58,515 nucleotides of DNA from Actinomycetota bacterium (GTDB lineage Bacteria > Actinomycetota > UBA4738 > HRBIN12). Where the stretch lies: the NCBI GenBank assembly GCA_035701505.1, contig DASSSA010000054.1, positions 1 to 58,515 of the forward strand. The letters are read 5' to 3'. The translations under genes were made by a program, and so were the position numbers. This document shows positions 47,212 through 56,500 of this stretch, piece by piece. The notes under the pieces were generated by a model. That model did not search any database. It was not told where the DNA came from and saw only the letters and a program-made list of their open reading frames with translations. The first letter of the stretch is position 1, and the number at the start of each line of letters is the position of its first letter.

Positions 47212-48246
47212 TCAGCCGACCTTCAGCGATGGGAGGACCTCCCGGCCGAACAGCTCCACCGCACGTGCGGCTGGCTCGAGATTCATCCCCGGATAGTGGA
47301 GCCGGACGATCAGGTGGAGCTCCCGGTCGCCGAAGGCATCGGCGAGAGGCCGGAGAGCTCGGATCACCTCCTCCGGCGTGCCCGCTGGGGTCCACGTCCG
47401 CATCGTTTCCTCGTTCGGAGGCATGGGCTCCAGCCGGTCGTCGTCCGGCGTATCGGCGGTGCCCTCCCACGCCCGATACGTGCCGAGCTGGTGTGCGACG
47501 CCCGAGCGTGTGATCTCCCAGGCATCGGCGTCGTTGGTGACGAACGCGTTCTGGATGAGCGCGATGCCGAGGGAACGAGGATCCCGCCCTGCCGATCGCG
47601 CCGCCTCGTCGAGCGTCGACAGGGCCGGCCGGACCTCCTCTGCGGCGTCGGCGTCGGTGATGTATCCGTCCGCCATCCGTCCCGCTCGTCGCACAGCCGC
47701 GTCCGCGTATCCGCCGAGATAGATCGGGATGCCTCCTTCACGTGAGGGCGGCGGTGTCACCTTGACCCGGTTGTACGAGTGGGCCCTGCCCTCGAACGAG
47801 AACCGGCGCCCAGTCCAGGCCCGCCGAAGGACGTCGATGGTCTCGGCGGTCCTGATGGCTCGTTCGGATCTCGGGACGCCGAACATCCGAAACTCCTCGT
47901 CCCGCCATCCGATCCCCAGGCCCAGGATCAGGCGGCCCCCGGAGAGCTGGTCCACCACGGCGGCGTCCTCCGCGAGGCGCAGGGGATCGTGGAGGGGCGC
48001 GAGGACGACCCCGGTCCCGAGCTGCATCCGATCGGTGGTAGCGGCCAGGGCCGCGAGCATCGGAAGCAGTGACGGGAGGTAGCCGTCGGAGGCGCCGTGG
48101 TGCTCGCTGACCCAGGCTGAGTCGAACCCCACGGACTCGGCCAGCCGCACCAGGTCGAGCGTCTCCCGGTACTCGCGAGCGAAGGTCCGCCCTGACCCCT
48201 CGGGGATCTGACCGGTGAACAGCCCGACGCCCACACGAACGGCCAT
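47212..48246 (-). CDS. LLM-class (luciferase-like, probably F420-dependent) oxidoreductase
   Basis: GFDSAWVSEHHG and GGRLILGLGIGW. Start at ATG 48246 or GTG 48255. Confidence 0.8.
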   Translation of the reverse strand: MAVRVGVGLFTGQIPEGSGRTFAREYRETLDLVRLAESVGFDSAWVSEHHGASDGYLPSLLPMLAALAATTDRMQLGTGVVLAPLHDPLRLAEDAAVVDQLSGGRLILGLGIGWRDEEFRMFGVPRSERAIRTAETIDVLRRAWTGRRFSFEGRAHSYNRVKVTPPPSREGGIPIYLGGYADAAVRRAGRMADGYITDADAAEEVRPALSTLDEAARSAGRDPRSLGIALIQNAFVTNDADAWEITRSGVAHQLGTYRAWEGTADTPDDDRLEPMPPNEETMRTWTPAGTPEEVIRALRPLADAFGDRELHLIVRLHYPGMNLEPAARAVELFGREVLPSLKVG

Positions 48247-48352
48247 CGCGCGCACCCTATCGGGGCCCGGTCGCTGGGCTCAAACCGGCTGCCCATGGGC
48301 ATCCCGGGCAGACCAGAACGATCGTCCGGCTAGACCCCGAGTGGTTCGAACC

Positions 48353-48571
48353 TCACACCCACTCGAGCGTGTACCGGAGGATCTTGTCCGGGAACTTCAG
48401 GTAGACGTATTGTCCGGTCTCGGACTCGCCGTCGGGGAGCACGAGAACGTCCTCCACACCCGGCACCTGCCGGCTGGCCGCCGCTAGCAAGACGTCCCGC
48501 GTTCCATCTTCCCTGCGTAGATCGTCGGGCCAGTGGACGAACAACTTGGGGGGGGCCATTACTTCGGCCAT
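48353..48571 (-). CDS. hypothetical small protein (72 aa)
   Basis: AGGAGG sits 6 nt upstream of ATG 48571. It is the last gene of the leftward unit. No family recognised. Confidence 0.45.
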   Translation of the reverse strand: MAEVMAPPKLFVHWPDDLRREDGTRDVLLAAASRQVPGVEDVLVLPDGESETGQYVYLKFPDKILRYTLEWV

Positions 48572-48669
48572 CGGTTCCTCCTGGGTTGAAGTGTGGCCGA
48601 AGACCCCAGCATCGGTCAAGACCAGGGTTCGGGCCCCACCAGGGGAGCGGGGACCGGCGGGAGCGAGGG

Positions 48670-49434
48670 TCAGGGGGTGAGGTAGGGCCTGGCCGGCCGG
48701 GTCACCGCCTCCACCGACGTCGCGTTCACGATCACCTGCTTGCCCAGGGGGTAGATCGAGCCCCTCACCTCCACCCAGTCGTTCGCCTGGAACTCCCCCG
48801 GAGGGACGTTCACCACGCGGACCTGGGCGGTGGTGGCGTCCGCGACGCAACACGTGACGATGTAGCGGGTCAACAGGAACTCACCGGCCGGCGTATCGGG
48901 GAAGCGCGTGACGATGCCGATGAAGTCGACCTGCTCCCCAGCCCGCCGGGCGAGCGCCTGCTCGCCTGCTTTCGAGTACTGGGCCGCGGCCACGTCGACC
49001 AGCGTCAGCGGGCCGCTTCCGGGGTCGGCGAGGGATCCGCCGAAGCCCGCGGAGCTGAAGCCCGGCCGCTTGCTCGCCGAGAAGCTGCCGAGCGTGGCCG
49101 GCGGGAGGGCCAGGATCACGACGACCGGGACGACCATCAGCCCCATGACCCAGGCATCTCGTGAGCCGATGGGCCGGGGAGAGCGGACCCGAGCCGAAAC
49201 GATCAGCCCCGCAGCGGCGGCCGTGAGCAGCGTCGCGCCCACCGGCACGACCCATGACGTCCTGGTGGACAGGTATAGGTCGTCGCGCCCGGTGAGCAGC
49301 AGGAACCAGAACAGGGCGGCCCACGCGGCAAGCACCAGCCCACCGGCGACACGACCGGGGCTCCACGTTCGGGGTGACTCGCTGCCGGGCGAGCGCTCGT
49401 GGGCCGTGCGCCGGACGGCAACGGAGTCCTTCAT
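48670..49434 (-). CDS. TIGR03943-type (DUF1980) partner of DUF318 permease
   Basis: Two or three N-terminal TM segments. The C-terminal hallmark is FLLTRYIVTCCVADATTAQVRV. ATG 49434 overlaps the permease TGA (ATGA). Confidence 0.7.
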   Translation of the reverse strand: MKDSVAVRRTAHERSPGSESPRTWSPGRVAGGLVLAAWAALFWFLLLTGRDDLYLSTRTSWVVPVGATLLTAAAAGLIVSARVRSPRPIGSRDAWVMGLMVVPVVVILALPPATLGSFSASKRPGFSSAGFGGSLADPGSGPLTLVDVAAAQYSKAGEQALARRAGEQVDFIGIVTRFPDTPAGEFLLTRYIVTCCVADATTAQVRVVNVPPGEFQANDWVEVRGSIYPLGKQVIVNATSVEAVTRPARPYLTP

Positions 49435-50441
49435 CCGGCCACCACCATCACCCACATGGCACCGACCAACGTCGTGGCGAACACCGTCACCACGAGCATC
49501 GGCAGGAACCCCCTGCGGAACGTGCCGGCGTACAACGCGCCGAGCTTGAGGTCGATCATCGGCCCCGACACGAGGAACGCGAGATGCGCGGCCGGGCCGA
49601 ACTGCACGAATGACGCCGCGACGAACGCGTCGGATTCCGAGCAGAGCGAGAGCACGGTGGCCAGGCCCATCATCATCGCGATGTCCAGGACCGGCGTCCC
49701 GGCGACCTTCGACACGAACGAGGCGGGCAAGAACGTCTGGACCATCGCCGCGGCCGCCGCTCCAACCAACAGATACCGACCCATGAACAGGAAGTCGTTG
49801 CCGGTGTGGAGGAAGAACCTCCGCCACCACGCCTCCGGCGGCCCCGGCTCGACCAGAACGGCATGCGCTTCTTCGGAGCGGGGCCGGAGCACCTCGTCCT
49901 TGCTCCGGCTGCCGAGGACCCACCCGACCATTATGGCTACGAGCATCCCCAGCCCGAATCGTCCGATCACCATGGTCCACAGCGACGACCGCGCCCGGTA
50001 GGCGACGAACGTGGACGCGATCACCACGGGGTTCAAGACCGGGGCCGCGAGCATGAACGTGACCGCCGCCGACGGAGTGAGTCCTCGGGCGGCCAGTCGT
50101 CGAGCGACCGGCACTGAGCCGCATTCGCAGATGGGGAAGGCCACGCCGGCCAGGGCCGCCGCGGGGAGCTGCAGCGGTCTCGGAAGCCCGGCCACCCGCT
50201 CCAGCGCGTTCACCGGAACGAAGACCTCGATCGCCGCGGAAGCGAGGGCACCCAGCAGCACGAACGGCATGGCCTGGACGACGAGCGAGCCGAACACGAT
50301 GAGGAACGCCTGGATCCAGGCGATCCGGCCGGGCTCGAGGATCCGAAGGAGGCTCGCGGCGAGGGCCAGGACGGCGACGATGACCGCAGCGGTGCGAACG
50401 GTTGCGATCCTCGCGGGTTGCGAGGGCGCGACGTCGACCAT
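49431..50441 (-). CDS. DUF318/ArsP-type permease
   Basis: Polytopic, with the motif GVAFPICECGSVPVARRL. ATG 50441 shares 1 nt with the upstream TGA (TGATG). The TTG 50447 track start is less likely. Confidence 0.75.
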   Translation of the reverse strand: MVDVAPSQPARIATVRTAAVIVAVLALAASLLRILEPGRIAWIQAFLIVFGSLVVQAMPFVLLGALASAAIEVFVPVNALERVAGLPRPLQLPAAALAGVAFPICECGSVPVARRLAARGLTPSAAVTFMLAAPVLNPVVIASTFVAYRARSSLWTMVIGRFGLGMLVAIMVGWVLGSRSKDEVLRPRSEEAHAVLVEPGPPEAWWRRFFLHTGNDFLFMGRYLLVGAAAAAMVQTFLPASFVSKVAGTPVLDIAMMMGLATVLSLCSESDAFVAASFVQFGPAAHLAFLVSGPMIDLKLGALYAGTFRRGFLPMLVVTVFATTLVGAMWVMVVAG

Positions 50442-51823
50442 CAGCAATACCTCCCGAAGGAGACCGCGAAGCCCTGGAACGCGTCCTCGAACACGCGCGT
50501 CCCGTCGGGGGCCGTGACCCCCATCGTCGCCTGGACCACGGCGTCACCCGAGATCCCCTCTTCCGCCAGGGCCCCCTGGTCCAGGAACAGCCCTCCCGAG
50601 ACGGCCCCGCCGATCACGTTCGGATCGCCCGGGACCCCGGCGTCGACCTGCGAGACGACCTCGGAGACGCGGATGGCAGCGCCGTCGGTCGATCCGGCAT
50701 CGGCTCCGGAACCGCCCCCAGTCCCCGCGATCGCTACGACCAGGGAGCCGCCGGCCGATCGCTCCGCGGCGGCGACCAGCCGCTGGGTACGCCTGTCGAT
50801 CGAGCCGATCGAGCCTTCCAGGACGACCGCCAGGATGTCCGGGACGGCGTCCCGTCCGAACCCCTCCGCGAGCAGCCGCTCGGCGGCCGGCAAAGCGGAG
50901 CCGCCCGTCGGCACGACGATCGCGTCGCGGTCGTGGCCGACATACCAGTTGCCCCCGACGATCCCGCGATCGACTTCATCGCTCGCGACCAGGCCGATCA
51001 GCGGACGCTGGTCCATCGCTTGGTCCAGGTCGTCGGGGAACGTCGCGATCACGGAGAGGGGCGCACCCGGCCCCCAGGCCTCCACGACGCGACCATCATC
51101 GTCTCGCACCAGCGCGCCGGTGATCCCGTGTTGCGACGGCAGGCCGCCGGTGCCGATCGTCGTGAGCGTCGCCGTCGGATCGAGCGGCAGGGAACCGGTG
51201 TCGCCGGCCAGTGTGGCCGCACCGCGCTCCATGAAAGACCGGAGCGAACGCCAGCTGCGCGGATCGTCGCGGAGCTCCTGGGTCCCCACGCCCTTCCATG
51301 CCACCTCGAGGACGAGCCGTGGCCGTTCGCCGTCGGAGATGCCGGCGAGGGCCGCCCCCGCTCGAACCTCCGGGTGTGGTCGGCGGAAGCCCAGTACCTC
51401 GGAGAGCGTCGGGGCGATCGCGTCGAGGCCCGTGCCCCGCGGGACCAGGGCCCCCGGCTCGATCCCCGTGCCGAAGAACGCGATGGGCACCCGTGTGACC
51501 GTGGAGCCTTCGGCGACGGTCGGCCATCGGCCGCCATCGTCCGGGCCCGCAACCGCGTGGTTCCCGGTCACGGCCATCACGTCTGGCGACCGTCCCTCGC
51601 GGAACCCCGCCGCCAGCTTCGCCTTCAGCTCGGTCGGCAGCGGACAGAAGGGAACGCGAGCGTGGGCCACGTCCGCAGGGCACGACTTCCCAGCGCACGC
51701 CGCGCGCAGCACGCCCGCGGGCACGCCGATCGCGGCGAGCACCAGGAGGAGGACGAGCAGGCGCCGTCCGAACACGACGGGACACGCTATCGCGATTCCA
51801 AGGCACGGACCGGCCCTCCGCAC
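50441..51823 (-). CDS. alkaline-phosphatase-superfamily (NPP-like) paralog lacking most metal-ligand residues; membrane-anchored
   Basis: It aligns by eye along its length with the 51862-53541 protein. WKGVG replaces WDSGG, GSIGSIDRR replaces AIDTIGHLF, and IAGTGG replaces TADHGT. It has an N-terminal hydrophobic anchor. The start is uncertain (an in-frame GTG lies about 45 nt downstream). Confidence 0.6.
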   Translation of the reverse strand: MRRAGPCLGIAIACPVVFGRRLLVLLLVLAAIGVPAGVLRAACAGKSCPADVAHARVPFCPLPTELKAKLAAGFREGRSPDVMAVTGNHAVAGPDDGGRWPTVAEGSTVTRVPIAFFGTGIEPGALVPRGTGLDAIAPTLSEVLGFRRPHPEVRAGAALAGISDGERPRLVLEVAWKGVGTQELRDDPRSWRSLRSFMERGAATLAGDTGSLPLDPTATLTTIGTGGLPSQHGITGALVRDDDGRVVEAWGPGAPLSVIATFPDDLDQAMDQRPLIGLVASDEVDRGIVGGNWYVGHDRDAIVVPTGGSALPAAERLLAEGFGRDAVPDILAVVLEGSIGSIDRRTQRLVAAAERSAGGSLVVAIAGTGGGSGADAGSTDGAAIRVSEVVSQVDAGVPGDPNVIGGAVSGGLFLDQGALAEEGISGDAVVQATMGVTAPDGTRVFEDAFQGFAVSFGRYC

Positions 51824-51861
51824 CTTCGGGGGAGGGGTCTGTTAGGTTTGCCGACTCGCCC

Positions 51862-53541
51862 GTGGGGTCGTCTCGTCGCCTGCTCGTTGTCGTCGCGCTG
51901 CTCACGTCGGCGTGCACGTCGTCGGGTGGCACGTCGGCAAACCCGCCCGCCCGAACGAGCGGCCCGACCGTCCCCACCCAGGTCTCCGCGAGAGCGCTGT
52001 CGAGGCACGTGTGCGCGGACCTCTCCCACGAGGTGTTGCTCCGGACGTGGCATGGATACTTCCCCGGGCGGAGTGGGGACATCCAGATCGTTCCCAAGGA
52101 CCCCAACTTCGTGAACGGTGGACTGACCCACTCGACGCCGTTCGCGTACACGCAGGACGTCCCCCTGTTCCTGTACGGACCGGGCTACGTGCGACCCGGC
52201 ATGTACCATCGGCCGATCACGCTCGCCGATATCGCACCCACCGAGGGAGCGATGCTGAAGTACGACTTCCCCGCGCCAGACGGGACCGCCCAGGACCAGG
52301 CGTTGCTCCCCGCCGACGCGCGGCCCCTTCCTCGGCTGCTGCTCACGCTGATCTGGGATTCCGGAGGGATGGACGTTCTGAACCGATGGCCGAACGACTG
52401 GCCGTACCTGCGCTCGCTCCGACCACACGGCGCCTGGTTCACCCATGTGACGGTCGGCGCGTCGCCATCGAACACGCCCACCGGGCATTCCATCATCGGA
52501 ACCGGGGCCTTCCCCATGCGCACCGGCTTCGTCGACGAGTACGTCCGGGTGAACGGGCGGATCCAGAAGCCGAACGCGAACGGTCCGGCGTTCCTGCTCG
52601 AGCCGAGCCTGGCCGACCTGTACGACCGCGACATGGGCAACCGCCCGATCGTCGGGGCCATCGCCAGCCTCTCGGCCCACATCATGATGATCGGGCACGG
52701 GTCGCTGTGGGGTGGCGGCGACAAGGACCTCGCGGTCGCGCGGGAGGCGCAGTTCGGGCCCACCGCGGGCGCCGAGTCCGACGTGTGGAACCTCACGCCT
52801 TCCATGGCGCCCTACTACACATTCCCGAGCTACGTGAACACGCTCCCGCCCGTGACGGCCTACACGCGAGCCCTCGACCAGGCCGACGGACGGCTCGACG
52901 AGGCATGGCGGGGCCATCCCTTCACGGAGCTGCACAACGGGTTCGACACGCCGGCCCGGACCCCGTACCAGACCAGGCTGGTGGAGAGGGTGATCGAGCG
53001 AGAGGGCTTCGGGAAGGACGACATCCCGGACCTGCTGTCTGTCAACTACAAGGCCATCGATACGATCGGGCACCTGTTCAGCGCCGACGGCGTGGAGATG
53101 TCCGACGCGGTCACCTACCAGGACGAGGCGCTTCGCCAGCTTGTGTCGTTCCTCGACCGCGTGGTCGGTAAGGGAAGGTGGATCATGACCCTCACGGCCG
53201 ACCACGGAACCCAGCGGGACCCCGCAGTGAGCGGCGCGTTCATGATCGATGTGAACAAGATCGATTCGCTGGTCCGCAGGGCGTTCGACGACGACGACGG
53301 CGTGCCGCTCGTCGAGAAGGTCAGGGCCACCGAGATCTGGTTGAACACCGACGAGCTCGCGAACAACGGATTCACCCTCGACGACGTCTCGCAGTTCATC
53401 ATGCGGATGACGCAGCAGCAGACGTTCAAGAACCGGAACACGCCTGTCCCCGGTCACGAGGACGACGTCGTGTTCTCCGCGGCGTTCCCCTCGACTATGC
53501 TGTCCCGGCTCCCGTGCCTCCCCGAGGCCCGCGCGAGCTGA
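51862..53541 (+). CDS. alkaline-phosphatase-superfamily (nucleotide pyrophosphatase/phosphodiesterase-like) lipoprotein
   Basis: Lipobox LLTSAC. Motifs LIWDSGGMD, SPSNTPTGHSIIGTG (Thr nucleophile context), AIDTIGH and LTADHGT. Confidence 0.7.
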   Translation: MGSSRRLLVVVALLTSACTSSGGTSANPPARTSGPTVPTQVSARALSRHVCADLSHEVLLRTWHGYFPGRSGDIQIVPKDPNFVNGGLTHSTPFAYTQDVPLFLYGPGYVRPGMYHRPITLADIAPTEGAMLKYDFPAPDGTAQDQALLPADARPLPRLLLTLIWDSGGMDVLNRWPNDWPYLRSLRPHGAWFTHVTVGASPSNTPTGHSIIGTGAFPMRTGFVDEYVRVNGRIQKPNANGPAFLLEPSLADLYDRDMGNRPIVGAIASLSAHIMMIGHGSLWGGGDKDLAVAREAQFGPTAGAESDVWNLTPSMAPYYTFPSYVNTLPPVTAYTRALDQADGRLDEAWRGHPFTELHNGFDTPARTPYQTRLVERVIEREGFGKDDIPDLLSVNYKAIDTIGHLFSADGVEMSDAVTYQDEALRQLVSFLDRVVGKGRWIMTLTADHGTQRDPAVSGAFMIDVNKIDSLVRRAFDDDDGVPLVEKVRATEIWLNTDELANNGFTLDDVSQFIMRMTQQQTFKNRNTPVPGHEDDVVFSAAFPSTMLSRLPCLPEARAS

Positions 53542-53566
53542 GCGACGAAGGGGGAGGACCGACCGG

Positions 53567-56500
53567 ATGGCGGTGACCAGGGAAGCTCCGGCCCAGGACC
53601 TGGTCCCGGCGCCGGAGCCGGGGAGCCGCCTCCTCCGCCGCCCCGCCGTCTTGGTGCTGGCGATCCTGGCCCTGCTGCTCGCGTTCGGCTGGACGTTCCT
53701 GCGCGATCCCTCCATCAGCGCACCCACGCGCGACCCGGCTTGGTACACGTGGCGGTCGAACCTGATCATGCACGACGAACCCGGCCTGATCGCCGGTCCA
53801 TGGGGCCCGATCAGCATGTTCTCGGGCGGATACCGCGTCGTGGTCCCGCTCTACGGGTCGGTCCTGCAGCGGGTGGCCGGCATCGACCTGTACACGTTCA
53901 GCGCGTTCATGATGATCGGCATACCGATCCTCACGGGCCTGGCGCTCGGCGCGTTCTCCTACCGGCGCCACCGCGACCCACTGTTGTTCCTGCTGGTGAT
54001 GGTGGCCACGGCGGCGCTGTTCATGACCACGCCGTACGTCGGCTACCTGGACAACATCACGGTCCTCTACCTGCTGTCGCTCACCCTCGCGTTCTACGAG
54101 CCGGGACAGACCTCGTGGGGAGCCAGGTCGGCGCTGTTCCTGTTCGGCATGGGCGCCGCCTTCACCCACCCAACAACGTGCTACATATTCGGCGGAACCC
54201 TCCTCGCCGTCTTCGCCCTGCACTTCGTGACCAGCCGGTTCTCGCTGTCATCGGCCCTCCGACGGGACGGCCCGAGCCTGCTCTCGGTGGGCTCCGGGAT
54301 GATCCTGGGGTTGGGGTCGTGGCTGGCCGGACCGTGGGGCGTGAAGGGGTCGCTGGCCGATGCGGCGCTGCCTCCCCCGTACACGATGGAGGTCTTTCTC
54401 CATCGGCTGAGCGGATGGGTGGGATCGCTCCAGCCCCTCATCACGTTCCCGCTCATCCTGCTGGCCATCGGATGGGTGATCTACCGGGCCCGGAAGGACC
54501 GGCGGGCGGCCGACACGTTCGGGACGGTCTCCGGTCTGTGGTTGCTCCCGTTGCTCGGCGTGTTCGGCTTCCTAGTCGGGAAGACGTACCCCTACTACCG
54601 GTTCATGAACGCCACCGCGGCGCTCATGCCCCTCCTGGGCCTGGGGCTGTGGGTGGCCGTGCGGTGGCTGCTGAGCCGGGGCGGGACCCGCATGGTGGCC
54701 GTCCTGGGCGTTTTCCTCCTCGTGGGGGCCATGGCGTTCGTATGGGTTCGGGGCCGCGACGCCTCGCAGTGGGCCAAGCCAAGCAACCAGTGGATCGACC
54801 AGCCCACCCGAACGGCGCTCACGGCCGCGGACGCGGTCGCCGCGCGCGAGCCCGGCCGCCCCATCGTGTTCATCCTGAACTTTGGCGACACGTACCAGGC
54901 GTACGGCTGGGCCAAGACGTTCACGAACGTCTCACGGACCGGCCTTCCCGGCGACGCCGTGAAGCGGTCGATGTCCTACTTCGGCAGCGTGCATGACTTC
55001 CTGGCGAACCGACCGACGGAGCTCTCGGATCCGACGTACAACGAGATGTCGCGCGACTTTTTCACCGAGGTGCAGGCCCTGGAGCGGACGTACCCGCAGC
55101 CCCCCGTCGTGTTCCTGATCCGGCAGTTCAACGGCAACACCGAGAACGCCGCGCTGCTGGACCAGGAGCCACCGCCGGGCTACCTGGCCAGGATCGGCGA
55201 CGACATCGCGGTGGTGACCGGACGGAGCCTGGCCACCCCGTCGCAGGAGACACTCGATGCCGGCCGCGCGGCGGAGGCCGCGACGGCCGCGCTCTACTCC
55301 GACCATCCTGGCATCTTCGGGAACCTGGGACACACGCTGTCGGTGTTGGGCGCGCTGGGGCTGCTGCTGGTCGTGCCGGGCCTGATCGCGGCGAGGTGGT
55401 TCGAGCTCGACGACGTCTGGCTGAAGGTCGCGCTGGTCCCCGGCATCTCCATCGGGCTCACGGTGATCGCGGCCATCGCCTGGGTGTCGATCCGCCGGGC
55501 CCCCTTCACCACTGCGGACGGCTGGGTATCGCTCGGGCTGGCCACGGCGGTTGCCGTGGGGCTCCGGGTCGGCAAGCCGAGGCTCGACCGCCTGTTCGCC
55601 GGTGTCTCACGGTTCTTCGCCGAGCTGTTCGCGGTGTTCTCCAACCGGAGTTTCTCGGCGCTCATGGGGACGCAGTTCGTGGCCCAGGCCGCAGACGGCA
55701 TCGTCCAGGCCTCGCTGGCCAAGTCGATCGCGTTCGGCGGCGAGAAGGGGTTCGACGTGGCCAGCGCGCCGTCGGCCCGCTACCTGCTCGTCGTGGTCCT
55801 CGCGCTCTACGTGCCGTACACGGTGGTCAGCCCGTTCGTCGGCGCGTTCATCGACCGCTACGACCGCAAGCTACTGCTGATCCGGTCGAACCTGTTCCGA
55901 GCGACCGCCGTCGCCCTGGCCGCCCTGGCGCTGGCCGCGGCCGGTGACGCCCTCCCCGATGCGATCCTGATCCTGGCGATCCTGGTCGCGCTGGCCTGCA
56001 CCCGGATCCTGCTGGCGATCAAGTCGGCAGGCATCCCGGCGGTCGTGCGTGGCAGGGACCTGCTCCAGGCGAACGGCCTGTCCCAGGCCGGCGGGGCCAT
56101 CTTCCAGGTCGTGGGCGGCGGAGTGGCGCTGGTGGGCACGGCCCTCGCGCCCTCGTGGATCGTCGCGCTCCTCGGAGCGGCGCTGTACCTGGTGGCCGCG
56201 ATCGTGGCACGCTCCGTCGAACGCCTGGAGTACGAGCGGCGCACCTCCCGGTTCGCCGAGGAGGTGCGCCGAGTCTTCCGGGACATCGCGACCGGCCTCC
56301 ACGAGGTGTTCGGCCGGCCGGCCGCGGCCCTGGGCCTTGCCGGATTCCAGGCGCTGCGGATGGAGTTCTTCGGATTCGTCGCCCTGGTTTTCGCCCTCCA
56401 GGCGCGTCATCTGCTCTCGGGCTCCGACTCGGACAAGACCGTCCTGGCCATCGCCGGGGCGTGCGGGGCGATCGGCGCGGCGATCGGCATGGTGCTGGCG

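Noticed and set aside
48339-48362. tRNA-like T-loop string GGTTCGAACC
   Set aside because: The flanking bases do not form a 5-bp T-stem on either strand, and no acceptor or anticodon arms can be drawn. Most of the string lies just downstream of, and overlaps only the stop-codon end of, the 72-aa minus-strand ORF (48353-48571).
51787-53817. 676-aa minus ORF and the 50402-52114 plus ORFs across the AP-paralog region
   Set aside because: They are antisense to or out of frame with the two AP-superfamily genes, which align with each other and carry fold motifs.
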